Assembly (NCBI GenBank): GCA_045649625.1
Contig: JAZRQG010000134.1
Coordinates: 1-55,182, forward strand
Direction of reading: 5' to 3'
DNA length: 55,182 nt
DNA from: Acutalibacteraceae bacterium
GTDB lineage: Bacteria; Bacillota; Clostridia; Oscillospirales; Acutalibacteraceae
The notes under the pieces were generated by a model. It saw only the letters and a program-made list of their open reading frames with translations, made no database searches and was not told the origin of the DNA. Position 1 is the stretch's first letter. Each line of letters opens with the position of its first letter. Positions 19,280 to 27,203 of this stretch are shown piece by piece. A program made the translations under genes and the position numbers.

Positions 19280-20032
19280 ATGGGTAAGTATGTTATTGCG
19301 GGTAACTGGAAAATGAACAAAACTCCCGCGGAGGCTGTGGAATTGATCGAGGCGATCAAACCGTTGGTTGCGGATGCGTCCTGCGACGTGGTTGTCGGTG
19401 TCCCGTTTGTGGATCTCCCGGCAGCGTTAGAAGCTGTCAAGGGCAGCAAGATTGGCGTTGCCGCTCAAAACTGCCACTGGGAGAAATCTGGCGCGTATAC
19501 CGGTGAGATCTCCGCGGAAATGCTCAAGGCAATGGAAGTTGGCTATGTGATCTTGGGTCACAGCGAGCGCCGCACCTACTTCGGTGACACCGATGTTACC
19601 GTTCAAAAGCGTATGCGCGCCGCGTTGGACGCGGGTCTCACCGTGATCCTGTGCGTGGGCGAGTACCTCGAGCAGCGTGAGCAGGGTATTACCGGTGAGA
19701 TCGTCGCTATGCAGACGAAAGTCGCGCTCGGCGGCGTGTCTGAGGAAGAGCTTGCACGCGTTATCATCGCGTATGAGCCGGTTTGGGCAATCGGTACCGG
19801 CCGTACCGCTACAGCAGAGCAAGCAAATGAGGTTTGCGCTCAGATTCGTGACGTGATCGCCGGTCTGTATAACGCCGAAGCCGCCAAAGCGGTTACCATC
19901 CAGTACGGTGGTTCCATGAACGCGGCAAATGCGGCAGAACTGCTTGCACAGTCGGATGTCGACGGTGGCTTGATTGGCGGCGCTTCGCTGAAGCCTGCTG
20001 ACTTCGCGACCATTGTGGCAGCGGCGAAATAA
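19280..20032 (+). CDS. tpiA: Triosephosphate isomerase
   Basis: Contains AGNWKMNKT, HSERR, AYEPVWAIGTG and GGASL. The ATG at 19280 follows an AAAGGATAGG RBS region. The track start at 19244 overlaps pgk. Confidence 0.95.
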   Translation: MGKYVIAGNWKMNKTPAEAVELIEAIKPLVADASCDVVVGVPFVDLPAALEAVKGSKIGVAAQNCHWEKSGAYTGEISAEMLKAMEVGYVILGHSERRTYFGDTDVTVQKRMRAALDAGLTVILCVGEYLEQREQGITGEIVAMQTKVALGGVSEEELARVIIAYEPVWAIGTGRTATAEQANEVCAQIRDVIAGLYNAEAAKAVTIQYGGSMNAANAAELLAQSDVDGGLIGGASLKPADFATIVAAAK

Positions 20033-20049
20033 ATAACGACTTTAACCGT

Positions 20050-20075
20050 GGGCGCAAGATGAAAATCTTGCGCCC
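20050..20075 (+). other. Perfect 11-bp stem-loop between tpiA and gpmI with no U-tract
   Basis: GGGCGCAAGAT (20050-20060), GAAA loop, ATCTTGCGCCC (20065-20075). It is followed by CTCTAATGAGGAG rather than a T-run. Confidence 0.5.
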
Positions 20076-20095
20076 CTCTAATGAGGAGAAGCAAG

Positions 20096-21613
20096 ATGAA
20101 AAAACCTTTAGTGTTGATTATTATGGACGGCTTCGGCTTGAACGACGGTGTAATGGGCAATGCCATTAAAGCCGCCGCCACTCCCAATCTTTCCAAGATC
20201 TTTGCTGAAAATCCGTTTACGGCTATTGGTGCTTCCGGCATGGACGTCGGTTTGCCGGACGGACAGATGGGTAACAGTGAGGTCGGTCATACCAACATTG
20301 GTGCCGGTCGCGTGGTGTATCAGGAACTGACGCGCATCACCAAATCCATCAAAGACGGCGATTTCTTCGAAAATACCGCGCTTAAAAACGCGATGGAAAA
20401 CGCCAAGGGCGAAAAAGCCTTGCATCTTATCGGTCTTCTGTCCGACGGCGGCGTACACAGTCACTTGACTCATTTGTACGGCTTGCTGGAGATGGCGAAA
20501 AAGTCCGGTGTTGACAACGTGTTCGTGCATTGCTTGATGGATGGCCGTGACGTGCCGCCGACTTCGGGCAAGGATTTTGTGGCACAGTTGCAGGCGAAAA
20601 TGCAAGAGATCGGGGTTGGCAGCATTGCCACCGTGATGGGCCGTTACTATGCGATGGACCGCGACAATCGTTGGGAGCGCGTGGAAAAAGCGTATGCCGC
20701 AATGGTGTACGGCGAGGGTGTAAAGAATGCCGATGCTGTGGACGTGATGGCGACGTCGTACGATGAGGGCGTGACCGACGAGTTTGTGGTACCCGCCGTG
20801 TGCGATGAAAACGGCAAGATCAAAGCGGGCGACAGTGTGGTCTTCTTTAACTTCCGCCCCGACCGCGCGAGAGAGATCACCCGCACCTTTGTTGATCCGG
20901 ACTTTATCGGTTTTGAACGTAAAAACGGTTTCTTCCCGCTTACCTATGTGTGCATGACGCAGTACGATGCGACCATGCCCAACGTTGACGTTGCCTTCCG
21001 TCCGCAATCGCTTAACAACACGCTGGGCGAATATCTCGGCAAAAACGGCAAAGCGCAGTTGCGCATTGCGGAGACCGAGAAATATGCACACGTGACCTTC
21101 TTCTTTAACGGCGGTGTGGAGCGTGAATTTGAGGGTGAGGACCGTGTGCTGATCAACTCTCCCAAGGTCGCGACCTACGACCTGCAACCCGAAATGAGCG
21201 CGTATCCCGTCTGTGACGCGGTGGTTGAGCGTATCCACTCCGGCAAGTACGACGTGATCATCTTAAACTACGCCAACTGCGATATGGTCGGTCATACCGG
21301 CGTATTTGATGCAGCAAAAGCGGCGGTGGAAGCGGTGGATACCTGCGTCGGCAAAACGGTGGAGGCCGTATTGGAAATGGGCGGCGTGGCACTGATCACC
21401 GCCGACCACGGCAACGCGGATAAGATGCTGGAGGATGACGGCATGTCGCCGTTCACGGCACACACCACCTACCCCGTTCCGTTCTGCGTTGTCGGTCATC
21501 CGTGTGAGTTGCGCACGGACGGCGGTCGTCTGTGCGATATCGCGCCGACGATGCTCGAGATTCTCGGTTTAGAGCAACCCACCGAGATGGACGGACAGAG
21601 TTTGATAAAATAA
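20096..21613 (+). CDS. gpmI: 2,3-bisphosphoglycerate-independent phosphoglycerate mutase
   Basis: Contains LIIMDGFG, the GNSEVGHTNIGAGR metal/Ser site, and ANCDMVGHTG ... ADHGNA. The ATG at 20096 is 6 nt after GAGGAG. Confidence 0.95.
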   Translation: MKKPLVLIIMDGFGLNDGVMGNAIKAAATPNLSKIFAENPFTAIGASGMDVGLPDGQMGNSEVGHTNIGAGRVVYQELTRITKSIKDGDFFENTALKNAMENAKGEKALHLIGLLSDGGVHSHLTHLYGLLEMAKKSGVDNVFVHCLMDGRDVPPTSGKDFVAQLQAKMQEIGVGSIATVMGRYYAMDRDNRWERVEKAYAAMVYGEGVKNADAVDVMATSYDEGVTDEFVVPAVCDENGKIKAGDSVVFFNFRPDRAREITRTFVDPDFIGFERKNGFFPLTYVCMTQYDATMPNVDVAFRPQSLNNTLGEYLGKNGKAQLRIAETEKYAHVTFFFNGGVEREFEGEDRVLINSPKVATYDLQPEMSAYPVCDAVVERIHSGKYDVIILNYANCDMVGHTGVFDAAKAAVEAVDTCVGKTVEAVLEMGGVALITADHGNADKMLEDDGMSPFTAHTTYPVPFCVVGHPCELRTDGGRLCDIAPTMLEILGLEQPTEMDGQSLIK

Positions 21614-21626
21614 ATAAGCAAAAACA

Positions 21627-21656
21627 AACAGCCTCGCTCAACAGAGCGAGGCTGTT
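21627..21656. terminator. Hairpin terminator shared by the convergent gpmI and XRE genes
   Basis: A 13-bp perfect stem, AACAGCCTCGCTC with GAGCGAGGCTGTT, and an AACA loop. The minus-strand direction has the better U-tract. Confidence 0.7.
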
Positions 21657-21907
21657 CATGTTTCACGATTAAACAGAAAATCGAGCGAAATATTTAATAC
21701 TTTTGAAATGGCATCAATTTCTATATCGGTGACGGCTCGCTTGCCGTTTTCAATTCTCGAAATCGATCCGCGACAAGTATAGACCGCCAGCAATTCCAGC
21801 TTGTCTGAAAGCTGTTTTTGACTTAAGCCAGCTTTTATTCGGGCCTCCTTTATGCGAGGCCCGATGATATTCAATTGATCGGAGTCAATAATTCTTTTCA
21901 TACGCAC
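21656..21907 (-). CDS. XRE-family helix-turn-helix transcriptional regulator
   Basis: 83 aa with IGPRIKEARIKAGLSQKQLSDKLELL...SISRIENGKRAVTDIEIDAISKVLNISLDFL, a classic HTH_3 domain. The gene is AT-rich. Confidence 0.8.
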   Translation of the reverse strand: MRMKRIIDSDQLNIIGPRIKEARIKAGLSQKQLSDKLELLAVYTCRGSISRIENGKRAVTDIEIDAISKVLNISLDFLFNRET

Positions 21908-21913
21908 ACCAAA

Positions 21914-21981
21914 ATGTCTTGATTTAGGACAACTTTAGTGTATACTATTCTTATAAAATATATGTCCTACTGGTAGGACAT
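21914..21981. promoter_or_regulatory. Divergent control region: candidate promoter plus two related palindromic operator sites
   Basis: ATGTCCTAC-TG-GTAGGACAT (21962-21981) is a 20-bp palindrome (9+9 perfect). An imperfect copy, ATGTCTTGATTTAGGACA, lies at 21914-21931. TTGATT (21919-21924), a 16-nt spacer and TATACT (21941-21946) point toward the SLOG gene. Confidence 0.5.
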
Positions 21982-21994
21982 GCGAGGGAGAAAA

Positions 21995-22429
21995 ATGAGT
22001 ACGTGCACATTTTTTGGACATAGGGACACATCAAGTTCTATAAAAGAAGCGCTGAAGCAGTGCATTATAGATTTGATTGACGGTGGTGTGGATAACTTTC
22101 TTGTTGGATCAAAGGGTAATTTTGATCGTTTGGTGCAGGCTGTACTGCGCGAATTAACAACAGAAAATTATGAATTTGCATATTCGGTTGTTTTGGCATA
22201 TCTACCGTCGTCAAATACAAACACAGAGCATACCGTGATGTATCCAAATTTTGAAAATGTTCCGAAACGTTATGCCATTGATCGTCGGAATTCTTATATG
22301 TTGAAACAGGCTAATATTGTTGTAGGTTATGTTTTGGGACCAACGGGTGGTGCATATAAATTTTTTAATAAAGCCATACGACAAGGCAAACAAGTCATAA
22401 ACATCGCTGAAAAAAACAACGCCCTCTAA
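21995..22429 (+). CDS. SLOG-superfamily / DUF1273 (YpsA/YoqJ-like) protein
   Basis: MSTCTFFGHRD ... NFLVGSKGNFDRLVQAVLREL ... YAIDRRNSYMLKQANIVVGYV matches the DUF1273/SLOG Rossmann-like pattern. The ATG at 21995 follows GAGGGAG. The gene is AT-rich. Confidence 0.65.
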   Translation: MSTCTFFGHRDTSSSIKEALKQCIIDLIDGGVDNFLVGSKGNFDRLVQAVLRELTTENYEFAYSVVLAYLPSSNTNTEHTVMYPNFENVPKRYAIDRRNSYMLKQANIVVGYVLGPTGGAYKFFNKAIRQGKQVINIAEKNNAL

Positions 22430-22457
22430 CTACTTGTTAGAAGGCGTTGTTTTTTGT
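22415..22457 (+). terminator. Intrinsic terminator after the SLOG gene
   Basis: AACAACGCCCTCTAAC pairs with GTTAGAAGGCGTTGTT (one mismatch), followed by TTTTT. Confidence 0.6.
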
Positions 22458-22571
22458 TTAGGATAGCGTGAAGCCGTCGGGAACGGGCGATTGATAATCG
22501 CTACGGTGTTGGCTTGAGATCGAGCGGGATCGAAGCGGCAGGAGCAAGCCCCTGCCCTACAACTTTGCCGA

Positions 22572-22980
22572 TCAACAAATTATGGGTTGCCAAGCGAAGG
22601 GCAAGAGGTCTTTTGCTTTCACTTTAATTAAATTGCCGTTTTCGTCATTGACGATCACCTTGATATCCGGGCAATACTCATACAGCATTTGTCGGCAGTT
22701 GCCGCAAGGGGGAACAACACAATTGGTGCTTTTATCGTGAACGGCAACGATGGTATCAAAGTCTTTTTCACCGGCAGAAACAGCGATGCCCATGGTGATG
22801 TATTCTGCGCAAGAGCCGTGAATGCCGTCACAGTTAACCCCTTTGTAAACGTTTCCGTTTTTGCACAAAAGCGCACATCCGACGGTGTGGTTATATACCG
22901 TCGTCAAACGTGTTTGCCAACACTTGTAAAGCGATTTGTATAAGTTCCTTATCTTTTTCGGTGACGGCGTACCGTTCCAT
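22572..22980 (-). pseudogene. Cytidine/blasticidin-S-deaminase-like zinc deaminase gene split by a frameshift
   Basis: A strong RBS (AAGGAGG, 8 nt) precedes the ATG at 22980, which gives MERYAVTEKDKELIQIALQVLANTFDDGI*. The rest (YNHTVGCALL...CAE...PCGNCRQ...) continues in another frame from about 22907. The junction is the TATATA run at 22892-22897. Confidence 0.6.
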
Positions 22981-23037
22981 CGTTGTTACCTCCTTTGAAA
23001 GAACAGGCACAGCAGATAACCTGTTGTGCCCGCTTGT

Positions 23038-24237
23038 TTATTCTTCCGTGTTCATATTCGGCAGTGTGAGAAGCTCGTCTGCCTCGGTGGCTTCGATACC
23101 CTCTACGTTGCGAAGATTTTTGAGGATGATGTTGTTGCGGTGGCGGGCATCGTCCAGCACGTTGCCTGCCTCGTCCACCTTTTTCTTGGCTTTTTCCAAA
23201 AGGCCTTCGAATTTATCGTATTGGGTTTTCACCGCCCCCAGCACCTTCCACACCTCGGCGGCGCGTTTATCGAGCGCTACCGTACGGAAGCCGATGCGCA
23301 GGGTGTTGAGAAACGCGGTGATGGTGGTGGGGCCGCATACCATGATGCGGTACTTGTTCTGCAAGTCTTCTACCAACCCCGGGCGACGCAGGATCTCGGC
23401 GTACAGCCCCTCGGTCGGCAGGAACAAAATCGCAAAATCGGTGGTTTTCGGCACGTCAATGTACAGATCGGCAATGGTCTTTGCCTCGTTGCGAATGGTG
23501 CGTTCGAGCGCCTTGGTGGCGGCTTCTGTTGCGTCCTTGTCGGCTTTTTCCGCGGCGTCCACCAAGCGCGCGTAATCCTCTTGCGGAAATTTTGAGTCGA
23601 TGGGCAACCAAATATACGTGCCGTCCTCGTCGCGTGACGGGATCTTCACCGCAAATTCCACCTGCTCGCGGTTGCCGCGAATGGAGACGTTTTGTGCGTA
23701 CTGCTCGGCGGTGAGGGTCTGCTCCAAAATGTTGCCTAGTTGGACTTCGGCCCACGTACCGCGCGCTTTCACATTGGTGAGCACGCGTTGCAGGTCGCTG
23801 ACGCCGCTTGCCAGTTCTTTCATTTCCCCGAGTGATTTATACACGCTTTGCAGCTGCTCGCCGACCGTCTTAAAGCTGGAATCCAGGCGCTTTGTCAGGG
23901 TGCTTTGCAGTTTTTCATCGACGGTTTCGCGCATCTGATCGAGTTTTTTCTCGTTGCTTTCCTGTAAACCGCGCACGGCGGCGGTGAGGGTTAAGTTTAA
24001 TTTCTCCTGGTGTTCACCGGAGACCTTCAAGGTCTCTTTTTGTCCCTCGGTGATGGTCTGATTCATTTCTTTCAGGGCGCCGCTGATCTCCTGACGAGTA
24101 CTGCGCACTTCGTCACGCAAGCGCCGTTCGGATTCCTCCAAATGCTCGCGAGAATCGGTTTTGGGTTTACGGACAAGCAGCAAAAGTTGCAGGACAATCA
24201 CCAATACCAGCAGAGCCGCTACCACATACAGTTCCAT
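23038..24237 (-). CDS. rmuC: DNA recombination protein RmuC
   Basis: 399 aa with an N-terminal TM, a long coiled coil, and the RmuC nuclease-like C-domain (ARGTWAEVQLGNILE ... LPIDSKFP ... ILFLPTEGLY). Confidence 0.9.
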   Translation of the reverse strand: MELYVVAALLVLVIVLQLLLLVRKPKTDSREHLEESERRLRDEVRSTRQEISGALKEMNQTITEGQKETLKVSGEHQEKLNLTLTAAVRGLQESNEKKLDQMRETVDEKLQSTLTKRLDSSFKTVGEQLQSVYKSLGEMKELASGVSDLQRVLTNVKARGTWAEVQLGNILEQTLTAEQYAQNVSIRGNREQVEFAVKIPSRDEDGTYIWLPIDSKFPQEDYARLVDAAEKADKDATEAATKALERTIRNEAKTIADLYIDVPKTTDFAILFLPTEGLYAEILRRPGLVEDLQNKYRIMVCGPTTITAFLNTLRIGFRTVALDKRAAEVWKVLGAVKTQYDKFEGLLEKAKKKVDEAGNVLDDARHRNNIILKNLRNVEGIEATEADELLTLPNMNTEE

Positions 24238-24239
24238 CG

Positions 24240-25106
24240 TTATTCAAGCTCCTGTAAGTCTTCCTGATCTTTTTTCTCCGGTTTGTTGTTTTTACCGTCC
24301 TTGATGACCTTGACGTCGTCTCGGTGCACCGCGATGGGCGGCGAATCCGGAGCCTTTTCCAAACGCACCTTGAGGTTACCCGAAAGAATATTTACCTCAA
24401 CGACCGTACCGCGCCCATCCGGTGTGTTGACAAGAGCGCCTTGTTTGGGGGTTATTTTGACGAGTGAAGAATAAGTATCCTGCTCATACTTTAAGCAGCA
24501 CATCAATCTGCCGCATGAGCCGGATATTTTTGTCGGGTTGAGGGACAAGCCCTGTTCCTTTGCCATTTTGATGGACACCGGTTGAAAATCGGGCAAGAAT
24601 TGAGCACAGCACAGCGGTCTGCCGCAGATGCCCAAGCCCCCGAGCATTTTGGCTTCATCGCGCACGCCGATCTGGCGCAGCTCGATGCGGGTGTGGAACA
24701 AGCCCGCGAGATCTTTGACAAGGTTGCGGAAATCCACACGCCCCTCGGCGGTGAAATAAAAAAGGATCTTGGAATTATCAAACGCATATTCCGCGCTGAT
24801 GAGCTTCATATCCAGTTTATGTGCCGCGATGCGCTCCTCACATAATTTGAGCGCTTGCGCTTCCCGCTCGGTATTTTCCTTGGCGTGGCGAACATCGTCC
24901 GCCGTTGCCGGCCGCACGACCGCTTTGAGCGGCTGTATGATCTCGGAATCCTCCATGTCGCGATTTTCCATCACGACCTCGCCGCACTCCAGGCCGCGGG
25001 AGGTTTCCACGATGGCGTGATCACCCTTGCGGAAGGTGTGACCCGCAGAGGCAAAATAATATACTTTTCCCATGTTCTTAAAGCGAACACCGATGATATT
25101 GGTCAT
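24240..25106 (-). CDS. ricT: PSP1-domain protein RicT (YaaT)
   Basis: 288 aa with GVRFKNMGKVYYF, a PSP1 domain and the Cys cluster GICGRPLCC ... SGSCGRLMCCLKYE. It lies downstream of holB, as in Bacillus. Confidence 0.88.
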   Translation of the reverse strand: MTNIIGVRFKNMGKVYYFASAGHTFRKGDHAIVETSRGLECGEVVMENRDMEDSEIIQPLKAVVRPATADDVRHAKENTEREAQALKLCEERIAAHKLDMKLISAEYAFDNSKILFYFTAEGRVDFRNLVKDLAGLFHTRIELRQIGVRDEAKMLGGLGICGRPLCCAQFLPDFQPVSIKMAKEQGLSLNPTKISGSCGRLMCCLKYEQDTYSSLVKITPKQGALVNTPDGRGTVVEVNILSGNLKVRLEKAPDSPPIAVHRDDVKVIKDGKNNKPEKKDQEDLQELE

Positions 25107-25118
25107 AGCGATTCTCTC

Positions 25119-26123
25119 CTATCGTCCTGCGGCGCGTCTGAGCCGCGCGCAGAGAATGGTTAAAAACAACGTGTGGTTCATGTTAAAAAACCGCGCTGTT
25201 TGCAGTTCCTCGATCACCGTGATCAGCGCCAAAAGCTGTCCGCGTGTGAGCGACCGTGAAAGTGCTTTTGCGGTTTCGTCGGACGTCCCCAAAAAGGATG
25301 TGTGACCGAATTTCGCGACCAGTGCATCGCGAAAAATCAGTTTGAGACCGCTGAGCACAGCCGTGACGCGGTCTTTTTGCTTTTCGAGCGGCGCCGTGGC
25401 GGTGAGCAGTGACAGCTCCGTGGGAGCGGTAACGGCAGAGGCGATGGACGGCAACAGTTTCAGAACATCTTGGTACGAGCCGTCCGACAACCCGTCGAGT
25501 ACTTGTCCGATGATGCCGCTCCACAGCGAGGCGGCGCGGGAGAGCTCATCGTCCGCGATATTCGGCAGGCGACGGCGCAACACGGTGACCGCTTCCTCCA
25601 CCGAGACACCGCCAAGCGGCACGGCAAACATGCGTGAACGCACAGTTTCAAGCAGTTGGGAACGTTGTTCGCAGGTCAGAATAAAGCGCAGGTGTGCGGG
25701 TGGTTCCTCCAACACCTTGAGCAACGCGTTTTGCGCCTGGTCGGTCATGTTTTGCACATCACACAAAATAAAGACGCGTACCGGTGCTTCGTTCGGTCGT
25801 ACGTAGATGTCTTCTCTGAGCTCGCGCACCACGTCAATATGGAACGACCGCGCTTCACCCCCGCCGCCAATCTCAGTAATATCGGGATGGCTTCCCGAAA
25901 ACGCTTTGTGACAAGCGGGGCAAACGCCGCAGGGCTTTTCGCCGGAAGAACGACATACCGCCGCTGCGGCGAGCTGCCGCGCCAGGGTGCGACGACCACT
26001 GCCCTTCGGTCCTTCCAGGAGAATGGCGTGCGGAAACGCGCCGGCATCCAAGCGGGAAGAAAGCAGAGCCTTTGCCGCCGAATTGCCTGCAAAAACACAG
26101 CCGTCCGGTAACGTCCAGTTCAT
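25119..26123 (-). CDS. holB: DNA polymerase III subunit delta prime
   Basis: 334 aa with HAILLEGPKGSGRRTLA, the zinc module CGVCPACHK, and the SRC-like TVRSRM. Confidence 0.85.
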   Translation of the reverse strand: MNWTLPDGCVFAGNSAAKALLSSRLDAGAFPHAILLEGPKGSGRRTLARQLAAAAVCRSSGEKPCGVCPACHKAFSGSHPDITEIGGGGEARSFHIDVVRELREDIYVRPNEAPVRVFILCDVQNMTDQAQNALLKVLEEPPAHLRFILTCEQRSQLLETVRSRMFAVPLGGVSVEEAVTVLRRRLPNIADDELSRAASLWSGIIGQVLDGLSDGSYQDVLKLLPSIASAVTAPTELSLLTATAPLEKQKDRVTAVLSGLKLIFRDALVAKFGHTSFLGTSDETAKALSRSLTRGQLLALITVIEELQTARFFNMNHTLFLTILCARLRRAAGR

Positions 26124-26143
26124 ACACCTTCCCCTTTCAATCC

Positions 26144-26160
26144 ATACTTATTATAAGTAT
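26144..26160. promoter_or_regulatory. Perfect 17-bp palindrome (8-1-8) in the holB/znuA divergent spacer
   Basis: ATACTTAT-T-ATAAGTAT lies 21 nt upstream of the holB start and about 47 nt upstream of the candidate znuA -35. Its function is unknown. Confidence 0.35.
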
Positions 26161-26206
26161 ACCGCACTTTTGTTCGTCTGACAAGAATTTTCTTGACTTT
26201 ATAGCA

Positions 26207-26235
26207 TTGCGACTTTGGTTTTCTTATGGTATACT
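26207..26235 (+). promoter_or_regulatory. Candidate promoter of znuABC
   Basis: TTGCGA (26207-26212), a 17-nt spacer ending in TGG (extended -10), then TATACT (26230-26235). Confidence 0.4.
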
Positions 26236-26279
26236 GAAAGCCGTACCAGTTTTATAGTGAAAGGGAAAGGAGGGAGACC

Positions 26280-27203
26280 GTGAAAAGACAGTATGGCGCT
26301 GTGGCGTTGTTGCTTTGTCTGATCACGACGGTGTCGCTTGGGTTGACCGCCATGTTCGGTGTGAAAGCACCCCGAAAGACCGATGACGTGTCGGTGGTGG
26401 CGAGCTTTTATCCGCTGTATACCGTGGCGCTGAATGTGGTAGGCGCGTGCGACGGTGTTTCGGTTTCCTGCCTTACCGCACCGCAGACAGGGTGCTTGCA
26501 CGACTATCAACTCTCCCCCGCCGAGCGCGCCGCGCTCGGCGATGCGGACGTGCTTATACAGAACGGCAGCGGGATGGAATCCTTTTTAGAAGCCGCTTTA
26601 GAATCGCTGCCGGAGCTTACCGTGATTGATACCTCCGCCGGTCTGGAGCTGCTCTCTTGTGAAGAACACGAGCATGGTCACGAGCATGAGCATGCTGTAA
26701 ATGCGCATTTGTGGGTGGATCCTGCGCTTTATGCTGAGCAGGTGAAGCGGGTGCGCGACGGACTCTGTGCTTTGGATCCCGCACATGCGACGGAATACAC
26801 TGCGAATGCGCAAATGTATCTGCAAAAGATCGCGGTGGTGGAACAACAGTTAAACGAGGTGACTCTCCCTTACACCCATGCATTGCTTTTCCATGAGTCC
26901 GTAGCGTATGCGGCAAGAGCGTTGCACCTTGAAACGGTTGGCATCGTTCCTCTCGGTGAGGATGAGGCCGCGTCTGCTGCCAATCTGGCAGAGATAGCAG
27001 ATGCACTGAAGGGAAAGGCGGCGCTGCTTATCTATGACAATCAATATCCCGCTCTGTACGAATCCCTTGCAGGGTATGCCGACAACGCGGCGATCGTGCG
27101 ATGGGATATTGCCGTACAACCGATAAACGGGGTGACGGCAGCGGATGTGTGGCTGGTTGCCATGCAGCAAAACATCAAGGCGTTAAAGGAGGCGGCGTCA
27201 TGA
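26280..27203 (+). CDS. znuA: Zinc/metal ABC transporter substrate-binding lipoprotein (ZnuA/TroA cluster 9)
   Basis: Lipobox-like LLLC, a His/Glu-rich loop EEHEHGHEHEHAVNAHLW and the typical SBP length. The GTG start follows GGAGGGAG. Confidence 0.85.
   Translation: MKRQYGAVALLLCLITTVSLGLTAMFGVKAPRKTDDVSVVASFYPLYTVALNVVGACDGVSVSCLTAPQTGCLHDYQLSPAERAALGDADVLIQNGSGMESFLEAALESLPELTVIDTSAGLELLSCEEHEHGHEHEHAVNAHLWVDPALYAEQVKRVRDGLCALDPAHATEYTANAQMYLQKIAVVEQQLNEVTLPYTHALLFHESVAYAARALHLETVGIVPLGEDEAASAANLAEIADALKGKAALLIYDNQYPALYESLAGYADNAAIVRWDIAVQPINGVTAADVWLVAMQQNIKALKEAAS

Noticed and set aside
22440-22571. A GC-richer 130-bp non-coding stretch between the SLOG terminator and the deaminase gene. 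It contains the hairpin GGCAGGAGCAAGCCCCTGCC.
   Set aside because: It has no U-tract, no ORF and no recognisable RNA-family features. It is probably a weak deaminase 3' hairpin or a leftover of the original intergenic DNA, and the evidence is too thin to call.
26124-26279. Canonical Zur or AdcR operator upstream of znuABC.
   Set aside because: No match by eye to the Firmicutes Zur box or the AdcR TTAACNRGTTAA motif. Only the unrelated 17-bp palindrome is present, and it is reported separately at low confidence.
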